Below are positions 1 to 11,997 of a stretch of 64,000 bases of DNA, in pieces. The DNA lies in NCBI GenBank assembly GCA_050084515.1, contig CM114271.1, positions 25,420,001-25,484,000 on the forward strand, written 5' to 3'. Position 1 is the stretch's first letter; each line of letters opens with the position of its first letter. The stretch is from Blasia pusilla. Taxonomy: Eukaryota. A program made the position numbers and the translations under genes. The notes below the pieces were generated by a model, which saw only the letters and a list, made by a program, of their open reading frames with translations, was not told the DNA's origin and searched no databases.

Positions 1-3000
1 CTATAGGTAACATAACTCCATTACAGGTGGAAGAAACATAACCTAGTCTTGATATTTCTTTATTCCCAAGATAGGGAAGAGTCAAATAATTTTCAACGAC
101 TTCATGTACACCTTCAACTATTTATCTGGAATAGGGAGATAAATAGGTAATTCAACTCTTGGTGGTACATAAGTAGTTGGGCTGATCGTACAAGAATTCT
201 CAATAACTTCATGGAGTGCATGGTGAGGTAACTCAAGTATTGGTCTTGGCGACATGTAAATATTCTCTGTGGATCCAAGATGAATCTTTAGATTTTCTCC
301 TACCAAGACTACATTTGCATTGGAAGGCTAAAAAAAATTAGCATATTATAAACAATAGACAATAAATGAGCAATGAAAATTTTTTGAGAGGATATAAAAA
401 CTAAGATAGATACCATATGATTTGACTTCGGATAGTCAAAACTAGAGTCAAAATCTCCATATTTGGAGTAGTTGAAAAAGTGTCAAGTACCAAAGGAGGC
501 TCAACTTGATCATGAAGTGCTTTCCTTCTTTTCCTATACTCATAATAGTAGGTCCTCTTTTTTTCTTTGAGAACTTCCATTCTATCCACTTGGTTGTCCA
601 TCCAGAATTTTCTTGGCAACTTAGCTCCTTTCTCTGCCTCGCCCTCCTATGGCATGGCTCTTGTTCAACGTCTCCGCCCTCACTTTCTGCCTCAGCAATT
701 TTCCCTTGCATTCTTGATTTTCCTTTGGTTTTTTGCTCCTCTTTGGTATGTTGTTTCTGATCAGGTTGTGCATGATGTCTCCTAGGTGGGTAGGGCTTTA
801 GAACGCACGCTATCATTGCGGCTTGCATTGAGGTTTCTGATTAGGTTATGAACAATGGATCCAGATGGGTAGGGCTCTCGTGCACACGTGAGCTTCTTGG
901 TGCCTTCTGCAGAAGCCGGGTCTTTATTCATATGGGGTTCATCTTTTTTTCCTTGTTGGAATCCAATGGCTCAGCAGTAGGGATGTGAGTACTATTTTTT
1001 TAGGCCCGTGGTTGTTGTGCTTGTTAGGCCTGTGGCTGCACATTTTGTAAGGGCCGAGTATGCATATTCTAAAAGAGCCACGGCTGCACATTCAGTAAGG
1101 GCAGCAACTGCTCTTTTTTAAGCCTACGGCTGCACATTTTGTAAGGGCCGTTGCTGCACATTGTGTAACGGCAAGGACTGCCCTTTGTAGGATGTGGTCT
1201 CTTCCCTTCCCCCTTACTTCCACGGTAGAGGTGGATGCAACGTCCTTGAATGGCATAATGGTTGAGTCTTTTCTTATCTCAGAGTACTCGAGTTGAGTAC
1301 TTCTCGATTGGGAGAGGAAATCTGGTAGTTAGATGTAGACACAGATATACATAGTTCCAAAGCAAAGCTTTATGCCCCTAATAAGCATTGTCTAAGTCGC
1401 TTTACATATTGCTTAAGTTGCCTACTCTTCTCCTAATCCAAACATTAGAGCATAAAATTAATGTTGACTATCACATCCTTATGCTTTTGCCCCCCTTGAG
1501 TGGACCTTACAATCACATGTGGATGTGGGGTAGAATTGATTGGCATCCTCATGAACCCCTTTCAGACAATGAGCAATAATCCTGGACATTGGGTTGAGGT
1601 GTCTTCAAACGTTTCTTCATAGATCCAGCTTGCAATGTGTGCGCTCTTTTGTTGTTGGGAGTTTGAAGGTGATACTCAAGGTTTCCTCTTTCCAAGCCCT
1701 CAATTGGCTTTGGAAAGTTTTCTTTATCTGAAAATGTGGGCTCTCTCAAAGCTGGGAGAGAATCCTTTATGGCATTCTCGAAGCATGGGGCATGTTCAGA
1801 GTTGAGCTTTGTCCCCCAAGGAGGGCTTACACCAAAATGTGACTTCCTCCATTTACTCAGCCACATGCAATCCTCTTGAGATATGGGAGACCACTTGGAA
1901 CTCTTGAGTTCTTAGGGATCGAGACTCTTTACACCATAATACTTCTTTGAAGTATCTTTGTCGACACTCTTTCCTTCCCCTACATCAATTTTTTGTTGTT
2001 TTTTTGGTTTCCATGGTATTTTTGCACACTTGATTGGTATGTTGGTTTGTTGTATGAATGTTTGCAGAGATGGAAGGTGGAGTTCTCACGGGAGCAAGAG
2101 AGAGGAGCTTCGAGAGCTAAACCTCAACTAATACAAATCAAGAGCTACTGGAGATGACTTCCAAATTGTTCTTCTTGATCACATGAACTGCAATTGGAAG
2201 ACTTCTTGAAATTGGACACAGCAACGGGGAGCTGCTTAGAATGCCGATTGCAACCGGGACTTTGTTTTCTGTGGAGAACCTGCATGCACAAAGCATAAAG
2301 TAGAATCGTTAGAGTAGATCTTGATAGCGCCTAGTACATAATGCTTAATCGTAAGAGTAGAGTTGGATCTTACCTAGACTATTCCACGTACTACTAGTGA
2401 TCCCATGCAAATCTGAGCACACAAAGACAAATAAAGCTACGCATTAACTCTCAATGGTGAATTGGTTGAGTGTGCACTGAGCTCTCACTGTATCTGATTG
2501 GAGTTTTTAAATTTGGAAAATGTATAAATACAATGGTCGGGAGGCTTAGAACAACCCTTCAAGGAGAACAACATCTTGATAATCTGATGTCTCTCCTCAC
2601 AATTGTAACGTCCTCTAAGACAAAATTTGAATATACGGCTATAAAAACACCATTGAAAAAAGGCATTGAAACCCTAAAATTTCCTTGTAATAATGTGAAG
2701 GGTACCAAAAGCCCTAAACACAGGCGATCAAAAGCCCTAAACGCGATAGCTTCCTCGAGTGGCTGAAAATGCCACGTGTCACACTCTAGAGTGTTTGCAA
2801 AATCAGAAGGCACTCTCCCTTCATAGTATGGATAAAGGGTTGGAAATGTTATGCGAAGCGCCTCCCTCTAAGCCTTCATGGGGAGGTTAGAGTGTCGGAG
2901 AGTTGAGATTCCTCGTGAGATGCAGATTTGCCATGGCGAACAAGACTAGTGCGATAATTTTATTCATCTTACCTCACTCGATGGCAAGCGTGGCGATTAG

Positions 3001-3161
3001 CCTTTCATTATGGTCTGAGGAGGAGAATTTTTGAATATTTTTTCTTCGGAGGATTATTCTCCATTTTGTAACTTCCATCCTTTTCCAACTTTAGACCATA
3101 ATAATATTAAGCAACTTTGGGATTTACTTGTTGGGCAAAATTGTTTTTGCTTAATCACGCA

Positions 3162-3190
3162 CTAGTAAGAATGCCCGTGCAAGGCACCTT
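3162..3190 (-). mobile_element. Helitron 3' terminus (hairpin + CTAG) on minus strand
   Basis: Reverse complement reads GGTGCCTTGCACGGGCATTCTTA-CTAG-T: a short GTGC/GCAC hairpin upstream of CTAG, followed by T. It resembles the 3' end of the mini-Helitron at 3311-3459. 5' end not located. Confidence 0.5.
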
Positions 3191-3310
3191 GTCATAATTT
3201 ATCAAGTAAAATGAATGGTATTCTCGCTTATAACTTATTTAATACATAATGGATGTAAAATCTTTCTTCTACCAATGTTGATCAATTGTTTTCCATCCAA
3301 GGATATTATA

Positions 3311-3459
3311 TCTATATAATTAAAAGAGGACAGGGTTTGAGGAAACCCTCATCAGGTGTTAATTCAACTTCCTCTCTCACTTTGAGAGAGGAAGTTGAAT
3401 TAAGGAGAGATAATAAAGAAAATTAAGTATCACCCGTGCATAGCACGTTCACCGCCTAG
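3311..3459 (+). mobile_element. 149-bp non-autonomous mini-Helitron
   Basis: Inserted between A(3310) and T(3460). Starts TCTATATAATTAAAA, ends with a CGTGCATAGCACG hairpin followed by CTAG, no TSD. Contains a perfect 21-bp internal inverted repeat (3359-3403). Confidence 0.75.
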
Positions 3460-3699
3460 TATATTGTTGAAAGACTTTCTTCCTTCCAAATTTTATGCTC
3501 TCAAATGAGTTTCACTATCAAATTTCTTTTAAGATTGCTATTAATAATTAATAAAATAAGAGCTCATAAAATATGTAAAATTATACTAAAACATAGTCAC
3601 TAGAAAACAAAGTGGATATGAAATTTTCCAAATTATAATTTTTATTTAATTTGATATAACATCTCATTATATACAACATGTATATGATAAACACCATCT

Positions 3700-4620
3700 T
3701 CTTCTTTTTTTGGATTTTGACTATCAATCATCATATGAATGGAATTCTTAGAACCTCTTCTTAAGTCTAGAGATGACAATATCTAACTCTTGTGGGATAT
3801 GCAAAAACTACAACAAAGCCATATCCCATGATCATACCATGGTGTGGTAGCTCACAAAAAAGATCCATGCTGACTTGTTCCTATCTTTTATGAGATTTTG
3901 GAGTGGGTTATTAAAATCTTGTTGGTTTTATGTTACTAGCCTTGATTTTTTTGAAAAATCATATAACTCCTTACATATGCGTCAACATTTGCTTTTATTT
4001 TGGGCCAATAGCATGTCCGTTGTAATGCCTCTAAGATTTTTTCAACTCCCACATGTTCTGCGATAATTTTTAAGTGGGCCTCGAACAATGCTTTAGTGCA
4101 TAAGTCTAGATCTTGTGGGATCCATACTTGATCATTATGGAAAAATACTTTACCATTATGGAAAATCCATCCTTGTTCTTATGTCCTTTCTTAGCCCAAA
4201 TAACATTCGTAACTTCTTCATCCTATTTTTTTGCTTTAGTGAACATTTTCTTCTAACTAGAGTGAATTTGCATGGTAACTTCAAACATGCTATTTTTCAA
4301 TGGCAAATAAGTCAAGGTGTTTGCCAATTTCTTTCCTTTGACATAGATAATGTTGATGGCAAACTATTGTTATCATTGTGTCCATCAAAATTGGTGTTTG
4401 GAGAGCTCTTTTAAGGATTCTAAGTTGACCAAGGCCTTATGCTCAATCTCGATCATGAACTCCTCATCGCCCAAATCTTGTTTCCAATGTTTGGTTGCCA
4501 ATTGCAATACGATAGTTCTTCTCTTTTGGTTATGTGATAATTTTCTTAAGAAACCAACAACACAAGGGAAAAGAAAAGAATCAGATGTCATCCATCCTTA
4601 TATTCTTGTTGTAATACTCC
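3700..4620 (-). pseudogene. Degenerate Ty3/gypsy RNase H-integrase relic
   Basis: ORF 4385-4591 (IVLQLATKHWKQDLGDEEFMIEIEHKALVNLESLKELSKHQF) resembles the gypsy RNase H C-terminus (ALKxWRHYLxGxxFxIxTDHxSL...Q.RW). Heavily broken; limits approximate. Confidence 0.5.
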
Positions 4621-5099
4621 TCAAATGGTAATACTTGATAAATCTGTGGCTAACTTGATAAGTCGATTAGGATCATTCCTCAAGATGCATTGCTTAGTTC
4701 AAACCTAAAACACGGCCAATACGCATCACAATCAGTTTGTGGTTTAAGGGCTTGAGCAAATGGAGAAGGAGGGTTTTCCCTCCTATAGATACCTGCATGA
4801 TTCTCCAAGGGAGTCCCACCTTCCTCATTTTTCCCCTTGAGCCTATGATTTTGACCCTCAACCCAAACGTGATTTACAACTAGCTGACCAACGTTTGACT
4901 AGTTATCCATCAAGATGGCTTGGCAGAGGCTTCTACAACTTCTGCAACTTTTGACTTTCCAAATGCATCTTGGACCTCTAAAGTGCGTTTCATAAATCTG
5001 ATGACATGCGCCCATCTTGAATTCTAGTTTGGGGACTCATAGTTGTCTTTGTTTCCTTTATGTTTCATGACTAGTCTTATGGCGTATCGCCAATCTTGA

Positions 5100-6722
5100 C
5101 TACTTTAGTGTTCCTTACTTCTCCCTCCCGACTTTGGAATCCAATGTAAGTCTTCCGCCTGCAAAGCTCAAGGTTGAATTTTCTTCAGGTTGAAGCTAAG
5201 TAAATTAGTTTGTAAACTCTTGAGAAATTCTTTCTAAATTACCCAAGGTCCTAAATCCATGATTGGCAATGGCTGCAACTGTGGAGTTTGAGCATTGAAT
5301 GATGTCCGGACCCAATCACACACCATGCACCTAGCAACAAACTACTGAACATAAGTTTGCATGCCTTGCCACCAATACTATATCTTGAGCAAGGTGTATT
5401 TTCGCTTCATTCCAAAATGATCCATTTCCTCGTGAGCATTCAATACCAAATGTGCTCTCTACAAAAGGATGAGGCACTACATGTTCTCTACCATCCTCCC
5501 AAATTCACTACACATGAATCCCCTCCCACCAAAACTGTCTCGCTTGCTGTAGGATCCGATCCCCCTCTCTAGCATCTACTGTGCTCATAAGGCTGCTAAT
5601 GCACAAGTACTCCAAGACTATTTCATCCTCCTGAATATCTCAACCATCTATCACCTTCTTACCGACCTCTAGATCTACCAACTCTCCATGAGATCTCTCC
5701 ATCAAAGTCTCAACAATCTGGCTCTCCATAACCAACAAGCCCAAATAGACCGACGTGTGCCATCTTGGTTGAGCATCCAAAGTCTATGTACCACTTGGAA
5801 ATCATACTCTTGCAACAATAAAGCCCACTTTGCAAGCTTTACTATAAGCTTTTTGGACTCCATCAACCATTTAAGTGTTTGATGATCAGTGACGATGGTA
5901 AAGGGATTGCCGAATAAATAACACTTGAAATACGTGACAACTCACACTGTAGCCAGACACTCACCCTCATATGAGCTATACTTCTCCCCTGCAATATTTT
6001 TAGAGCAACTAGCATAAGCCACCACAAAATCTCTACCCTCATCTTCATATTGGGTGACCACCGCTCCAAGTCCCAACATACTCCAATCAGTATGTAACTA
6101 GAAAGGATCCCCCTTGATCGATCTCCTTCGTATGGGCGTAGACGTCAAGTTATCTTTGAGCAATTGAAATGCTCTCTCTTCCTCATCCCCCAAGTACCAT
6201 TCGTGATCCACCTTGGTCAGCAAGGTTGATTCCTTTGCAATCAAACTAAAACCCTTGACGTACCGACGATAAAAGTTTTCCAATCCCATGAATGCATGAA
6301 TTCGACTCACATCTGTAGGATGTGGAATATGTGAGATAGCCTATACCTTCATCTATTGAATACGAAGGCCATCTGGGTATATTGGATGAATCAAGTGCTC
6401 AATTTGGTCATAGAAGAACTTGCACTTGCCTTGATGTACCTTCAGCCCATGTAACCGTGATCGTCGAAACACCTCCTCTTGATGTCGCTCATGCTCCTAA
6501 ACCGTGGTGCTAAAGAGTGCCATGTCATGAATATATCACCTAGCAAAATCCAAACCGTCAAAATCCTTTCCATGAGCCTCTGAAACTTTTTTCGGGTGTT
6601 CTTTAACCTAAATGCTAAGAACCGCCACTAGTACAAACAATCCTTGCCGTGAGGATTGATGCCCCAAAATGACGTTTTCTGCCTTTCTCCAATCTGATAG
6701 GCACTTACTTGATAGTATCAAG
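5100..6722 (-). pseudogene. Degenerate Ty3/gypsy pol (RT-RNase H-integrase), close relative of the 22629-27406 element; split by copia A, last piece at ~11998-12020
   Basis: SRIHAFMGLENFYRRYVKGFSLIAK...EERAFQLLKDNLTSTPI parallels SRVRAFLGLANFYRRYVKGFSAIEK...QERAFQKLKEKLTSSPI in ORF 24903-25487. The LDLxxGYxQ RT motif is rejoined when copia A is removed. Left limit approximate. Confidence 0.8.
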
Positions 6723-7032
6723 TATTGAAGATTGAGTTACATTCAAACTCATGAAACACTTGAATTGCTACATTTGGTACTCACACAAAGTAGGAAAGGT
6801 TAATCTTGGTTAGTCACTTAAGCGCGATTATCTTAAATAGGATTAATTAATCACAGTTAATCTAACTCGAGACTGGTTAAGGTTAGGCTTAGGGTTGCTT
6901 TTACATACTTTATATAATTGAGAAGGGGATTAGCCTCCTCTCATTCTCTCATTGCAAATTTTGTTGTACATGGTGATGTGTGAGTGTGAGAGCCGTTTCC
7001 TACCAATTATGCTTCTTTAGCAGTTTTTCACA
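6723..7032 (+). repeat. copia A 5' LTR (TA...CA)
   Basis: Direct repeat of 11686-11997; followed by the PBS. Confidence 0.9.
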
Positions 7033-10000
7033 TAATATCAGAGCGATAAGAGAACATCATTTGAAATTCTTGGTGTTTGAGGAGAGAAGAGAAGCAAGAG
7101 AAGGCACAATTTTAGTTTGGGAGAAGGAAATTTCATTCAAAGCTCAGTGGATGCACATTTCAGGTGGAGCCTTAACAATAAATAAGACTTTGGAGGCATT
7201 TTTTAGGGCTTTTCCGATCGATTTAGCCATCTGGATCCGCAACGGCTAGAATGATGCCAAAGTCTGGTACCAATTATCTTGTAGAGCTTGTCGAGAGTTT
7301 TCCAACACATCCAAAATTTCTCAATTTTGATATTTTAAGCTCTTGCAGTAGCAATTTTAGTGTAAGAAAATACAATAAGTGAAGAAAAATTGTACAGTTT
7401 GCTCTCTACACGGCATTCGACTAGTTCATATAGTGGAAAATTTCAAGTCAATTTCTATGTAGGAGTGGTCTATGCTTCAATTAGAGTAGAGGAGAGCTTG
7501 AAATTATGTTTTTGTAAGTGAAATCGTTCGTCATGGAGTATTCCTCAACAACAATCATAGACGAAGCTAGATAAGAAAAATTTTAATGTCTAGAAGTTTC
7601 GCATGAAATAACTTCTCATGTGTCAAGAACTATGGGAGCTTGTCACAGGTGATAAGGGCAAACAAGAAGTCTCTGACTCAACAGACTTGAATGTTCACGC
7701 TTGAAACAAACGCGCGAGGCAAGTAATCCACTATATTTCAATAACAATCAATTTGCCAATGACAAGTCACGTTCAAGATGTTGATACTCCAAAGAAGGCC
7801 TCGGATGCATTGGAAAAGTTGTTATAGGCATCTACAAAGGGCAAAATTTTCAATTGAAATAGCAATTGAACGAAGTGAGGAAAGGATTGCAGAGCATAAA
7901 TGATTATATTTTGAGTATCAAACATATTATTGATCAATTGAATAGCATTGGAGTGATAGTACAAGATGATGATCTGATTTTTTTCACTCTTCAAGGCCTT
8001 CCAAAGGATTATAAATCCTTTGAGACCTCTATATCTATGAGAGAGAAGTATCCAACCTTTCAAGAGTTAGTTCCACCGTTAATCAATGAAGAGATGCGCC
8101 TAGTAGACAACGGTAGCTCGTCTAGTGTGCAAGAGAGTACGCTATTTGCAAGTTATGGATCAAACAGAGGCAGAGATTAGGGCAAAAGCTTCCGTGGTAA
8201 TTGTGGATATCAAGCATATGGAGGAAGAGACACTCAATATAACGTCACTCAATCAACTACGAACCACTACCAGATACAATCACAAGATGATGATCGTGGA
8301 AACCGTTGGGATCGAGGTCAACAATAGAGGGTCCATGGATTGTAATTACTTTGGGATAAAGAATCACTAAGCAAAGTTTTGCTTCAAGAAGAAGATAGTT
8401 ATGAGAATAGGAGCCTCACAGCAATAAAACCATGTGGAGCAACAATACCAAGGACAATACCAAGAACAACAACATTCACAAACGGAGCATCTTTTGGTCA
8501 TGACTCATGATATGGGAGCAATGGTGAAGAAAGATTCGACAGCAAATTGGTATATTGACTGTGGTGCATCAAATCACATGACCTCACAAGCTAAATGGTT
8601 CAGTAGTTTAGATCTAGTGAAAGATCTTGCAATTGTGCTCACAAGAGATGACACTCAACATCATATCACGTATATCAATAAAGTTCCAATAGCATCAGAT
8701 GGTCTTTGTGCTCTTGGAAATATTCTTTATGTTCCTACCATTGCAAGAAACTTGATATATGTAGGATAGATAGTAGAATAGGGTTATTAAGTCAAGTTTA
8801 ACACAGATAATTATTTCATTGAAACAATCGATGACAGATTTACGATAGCCAAAGGAACTAGATATGATAGAATGTTCAAATTAGATGTTTCTATGCTTGA
8901 GATTCAAACAACAATGTATGGTCAAACTGGCCAATAAGTCACAGATCTAAATGTGTGGCATAAGAGAATTGGACATATGAATCTTCAAAGATTATAGAGT
9001 CTTTTATCATCTAATATAGTAATAGGACTTCCTAAATTAGCAATTCATATTATGTTAGAGATATATCTTCCTTGCCAATTTGGAAAACAAGCTAGATTTC
9101 CTTTTCCAAAGCAAGGCAGAAGAGCATCCAAGATATTGGAGTTGATTCACAATGATGTGAGAACAACATCACAACATAGCCTTAGTGGTTGCCAGTACTT
9201 TGTTTCATTTATTGATGACTTCTCTAGGTATATATGGGTATACTTTCTATAATCCAAGTTAGAGGTATTCTTAGTGTTCCAAATATTCAAAGTTCTAGTA
9301 GAGAAGCACACTAGAGATCACATTCTGAAATTGCGTTGTGATGGAGGAGGAGAGTATCTTTCAACACACTTTGATGACTATTTACGTCAGAATGGCATCC
9401 AACTTTAAGTAACTTGCCGTTACATTCCACAACAAAATGGAGTGGCTGAGAGGAAGAATTGACATATTGTTGAAGCAGCACGAGCTATGCTGAATGAGAA
9501 GAACATGCCTAAGGTGTATTGGGCAGAGGCTGTAGCGTGTGCAATCTTCTTAATCAACCGAACTCCAATAGCATGAGTTCTTGATAAGACTCCATTCAAA
9601 GTCTTCACAGGAATTAAACCTAATTTTTCCTTCGTGAAAGTATTTGGTTGTATTTGTTATGCTTATGTTCCTTGTAAAAGACGTCAGAAATTAGACCTCA
9701 AATATGAAAGATGTATATTCATTGGCTACGCTGATGGAACTAAGGGGTATAAGTGCTACATTCCATCTTCTCTGCAAATTATTATTAGTCACATTGTTGT
9801 CTTTCATGAACTAAAGTCATGATATGCTCCATCTAAGCCTATTCCTCCTCTAAGCTCCTCCGTTAAGGGGGAGAATATGACTATAAACCAACAGAAATTG
9901 CCTTCAAATTCCCCAAGTACTAGTATAAGATTAGGGGAGGTCCTAGATTCGTGAGTCAAACCTGTAAGTCCAAGACAAAAAGAGTACGTATTCAATCTGT

Positions 10001-11685
10001 TGACACTAGTCAGAGCTCAAGTTAGGTGTCAGAGGCATCTACAATAACTTTGTAGATCAAATAAGGTTACACATCCTATTCATAGATTCATAAATGAAGG
10101 TTTCCTTACAACACATCATGCATATATGATGACTATCCTTCAAGAATAAGAGCCGAGTTCTTTTGAAGAAGCTGCAAGTAAAGTTGAATGGATTGAAGCT
10201 ATGGTGGAAGAGCTTGCTGCATTAAGACATCAACAGACATGGGAGTTGGTTGATATACCTTCCGGTAAGGAAGAAATTGGTTGCAAATGGATTTACAAAA
10301 TCAAGCGCAATCAAGATGGTACAATTAACAGATACAAAGTGAGATTGGTGGCTAAGGGCTATGCACAACAATATGACATTGATTATAAGGAAACATTTAG
10401 CCCTCTTGCAAATATGGCAACTACGTACGAGAACAGTGGTTGCAGTTGTAGTAAGTAAGAAGTGGAGATTATATCAGATGGACGTCAAGAATGCCTTCTT
10501 GAATGGAGATCTATACAAAGAGGTATATATGACTCAAACATTTGGACATGACCATCCCAAGTTTCCATTTTGCGTATGCAGGTTGAAAGCTCTATACGGG
10601 CTCAAACAAGATTCAAGAGCTTGGTATGGCAAGATTACATGCGTCTTACAAGAGTTGGGTTTTAGGGTATGTGATTCTAACTCCTCGTTATATATCTTGA
10701 GAGGACAAGATCATACAATTATCATTGTGTTGTATGTTGAAAAACTTTTGATTACTAAGACTACTGAAAAAATGGTATAACAAGTCAAGCTAAAGTTACT
10801 AGGAAAATTTAACATGAAGGACTCGGGAGAACTCAAGTACTTCCTTGGTGTTGAATTTATCAAGATTAGAGAGAGCATGTGGTTATTACAACGATAATAT
10901 GCTCTTCAAATACTTTCAAAATATGGTATGACGACTTGTAAGCCAATCTCTACACCGTTGGACCAGAGTGTGAAGCTAAGAGTGGATGAAGGAGAGTTGC
11001 TTGCAGATTCTAATATGTACAGGCGTATGGTTGGAAGTTTGATTTATCTAACTATAACCAGGCTACATTTGAGCTATGTTGTTGGCCTCGTGAGCCAATT
11101 TATGCAAGCACCTTGAAAACCTCACCTTGATGCTACGAGGAGATTATGCGCTATGTGAAATTCTCCGTTCAATTCGGGTTTCAATTTGAACCTTCTTCAA
11201 GAACAAGGATTCATAAATGTTGATTGGGCAGGAAGCGTGTCTGATCGACACTCCACATTTAGTTATTCATTTATTTCGGGAAGCGCAGCTATAAGTTGGG
11301 CTTCAAAGAAGCAACTTACATTTGCTTTATCTTCAATAGAGGTTGAATACAAAGGAGCAACCAATGCAGCATGTGAGGCGGTGTGGCTTCATCGATTACT
11401 TGTTGAGATTGGTGTTAGTAACTTAAGACCTAGTGTAATATATCCAAACAATATTAGTAGCATCAACCTTGGTAATAACCCTATGTTTCATGCTCGTACA
11501 AAGCATGTTGAGGTGCACTATTATTTTATCAGAGAAAAAGTGCTTGCAGGAGAAATTGATCTTCTGTATATAGGTACAGATCAGCAGATTGCAGGCATCT
11601 TTAGAAAGGCATTGTCTAGAAATAAGTTTGAAATGTTTAGAAATGATTTAGGCATTAGAGATATTGATCTAAGCTTGAGGGAGAG

Positions 11686-11997
11686 TATTGAAGATTGACT
11701 TACAGTCAAGCTTATGAAACACATGAACTGCTTTATTTGGTACTCACACGAAGTAGGGAAGCTTAATCTTGGTTAGTCTGTTAAGCACGATTATCTTAAC
11801 TAGGGTTAGTTAATCACAGTCAGTCTAACTTGAGACTATGGTTGAGGTTAGGCTTAGGGTTTCTTGTAGATACCCTATATAATTGAGAAGGGGACCAGCC
11901 TCCTCTCATTCTCTTATTGCAAATTTCATTCTCCATGATGGTGTGTGAGTGTGACAGTCATTTTCCATCAATTATGCTTCTTTAGCAGTTTTCCACA
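11686..11997 (+). repeat. copia A 3' LTR (TA...CA)
   Basis: Direct repeat of 6723-7032; preceded by the PPT. Confidence 0.9.

Larger units (their letters stand above)
6723..11997 (+). mobile_element. Full-length decayed Ty1/copia LTR retrotransposon (copia A)
   Basis: LTRs at 6723-7032 and 11686-11997. PBS TAATATCAGAGCG (iMet-type) at 7033; PPT GAGGGAGAG before the 3' LTR; degenerate TSD TCAAG/TCGGG. Domain order gag, protease (WYIDCGASNHMT), integrase (YFVSFIDDFSRY, PQQNGVAERKN), RT (YKVRLVAKGYAQ, QMDVKNAFLNG), RNase H (DWAGSVSDRHST). Many stops and frameshifts. Confidence 0.95.

Noticed and set aside
1-3160. Possible large LTR-element remnant
   Set aside because: Looks repeat-like, but I could not identify a domain, PBS or paired termini to support a call.
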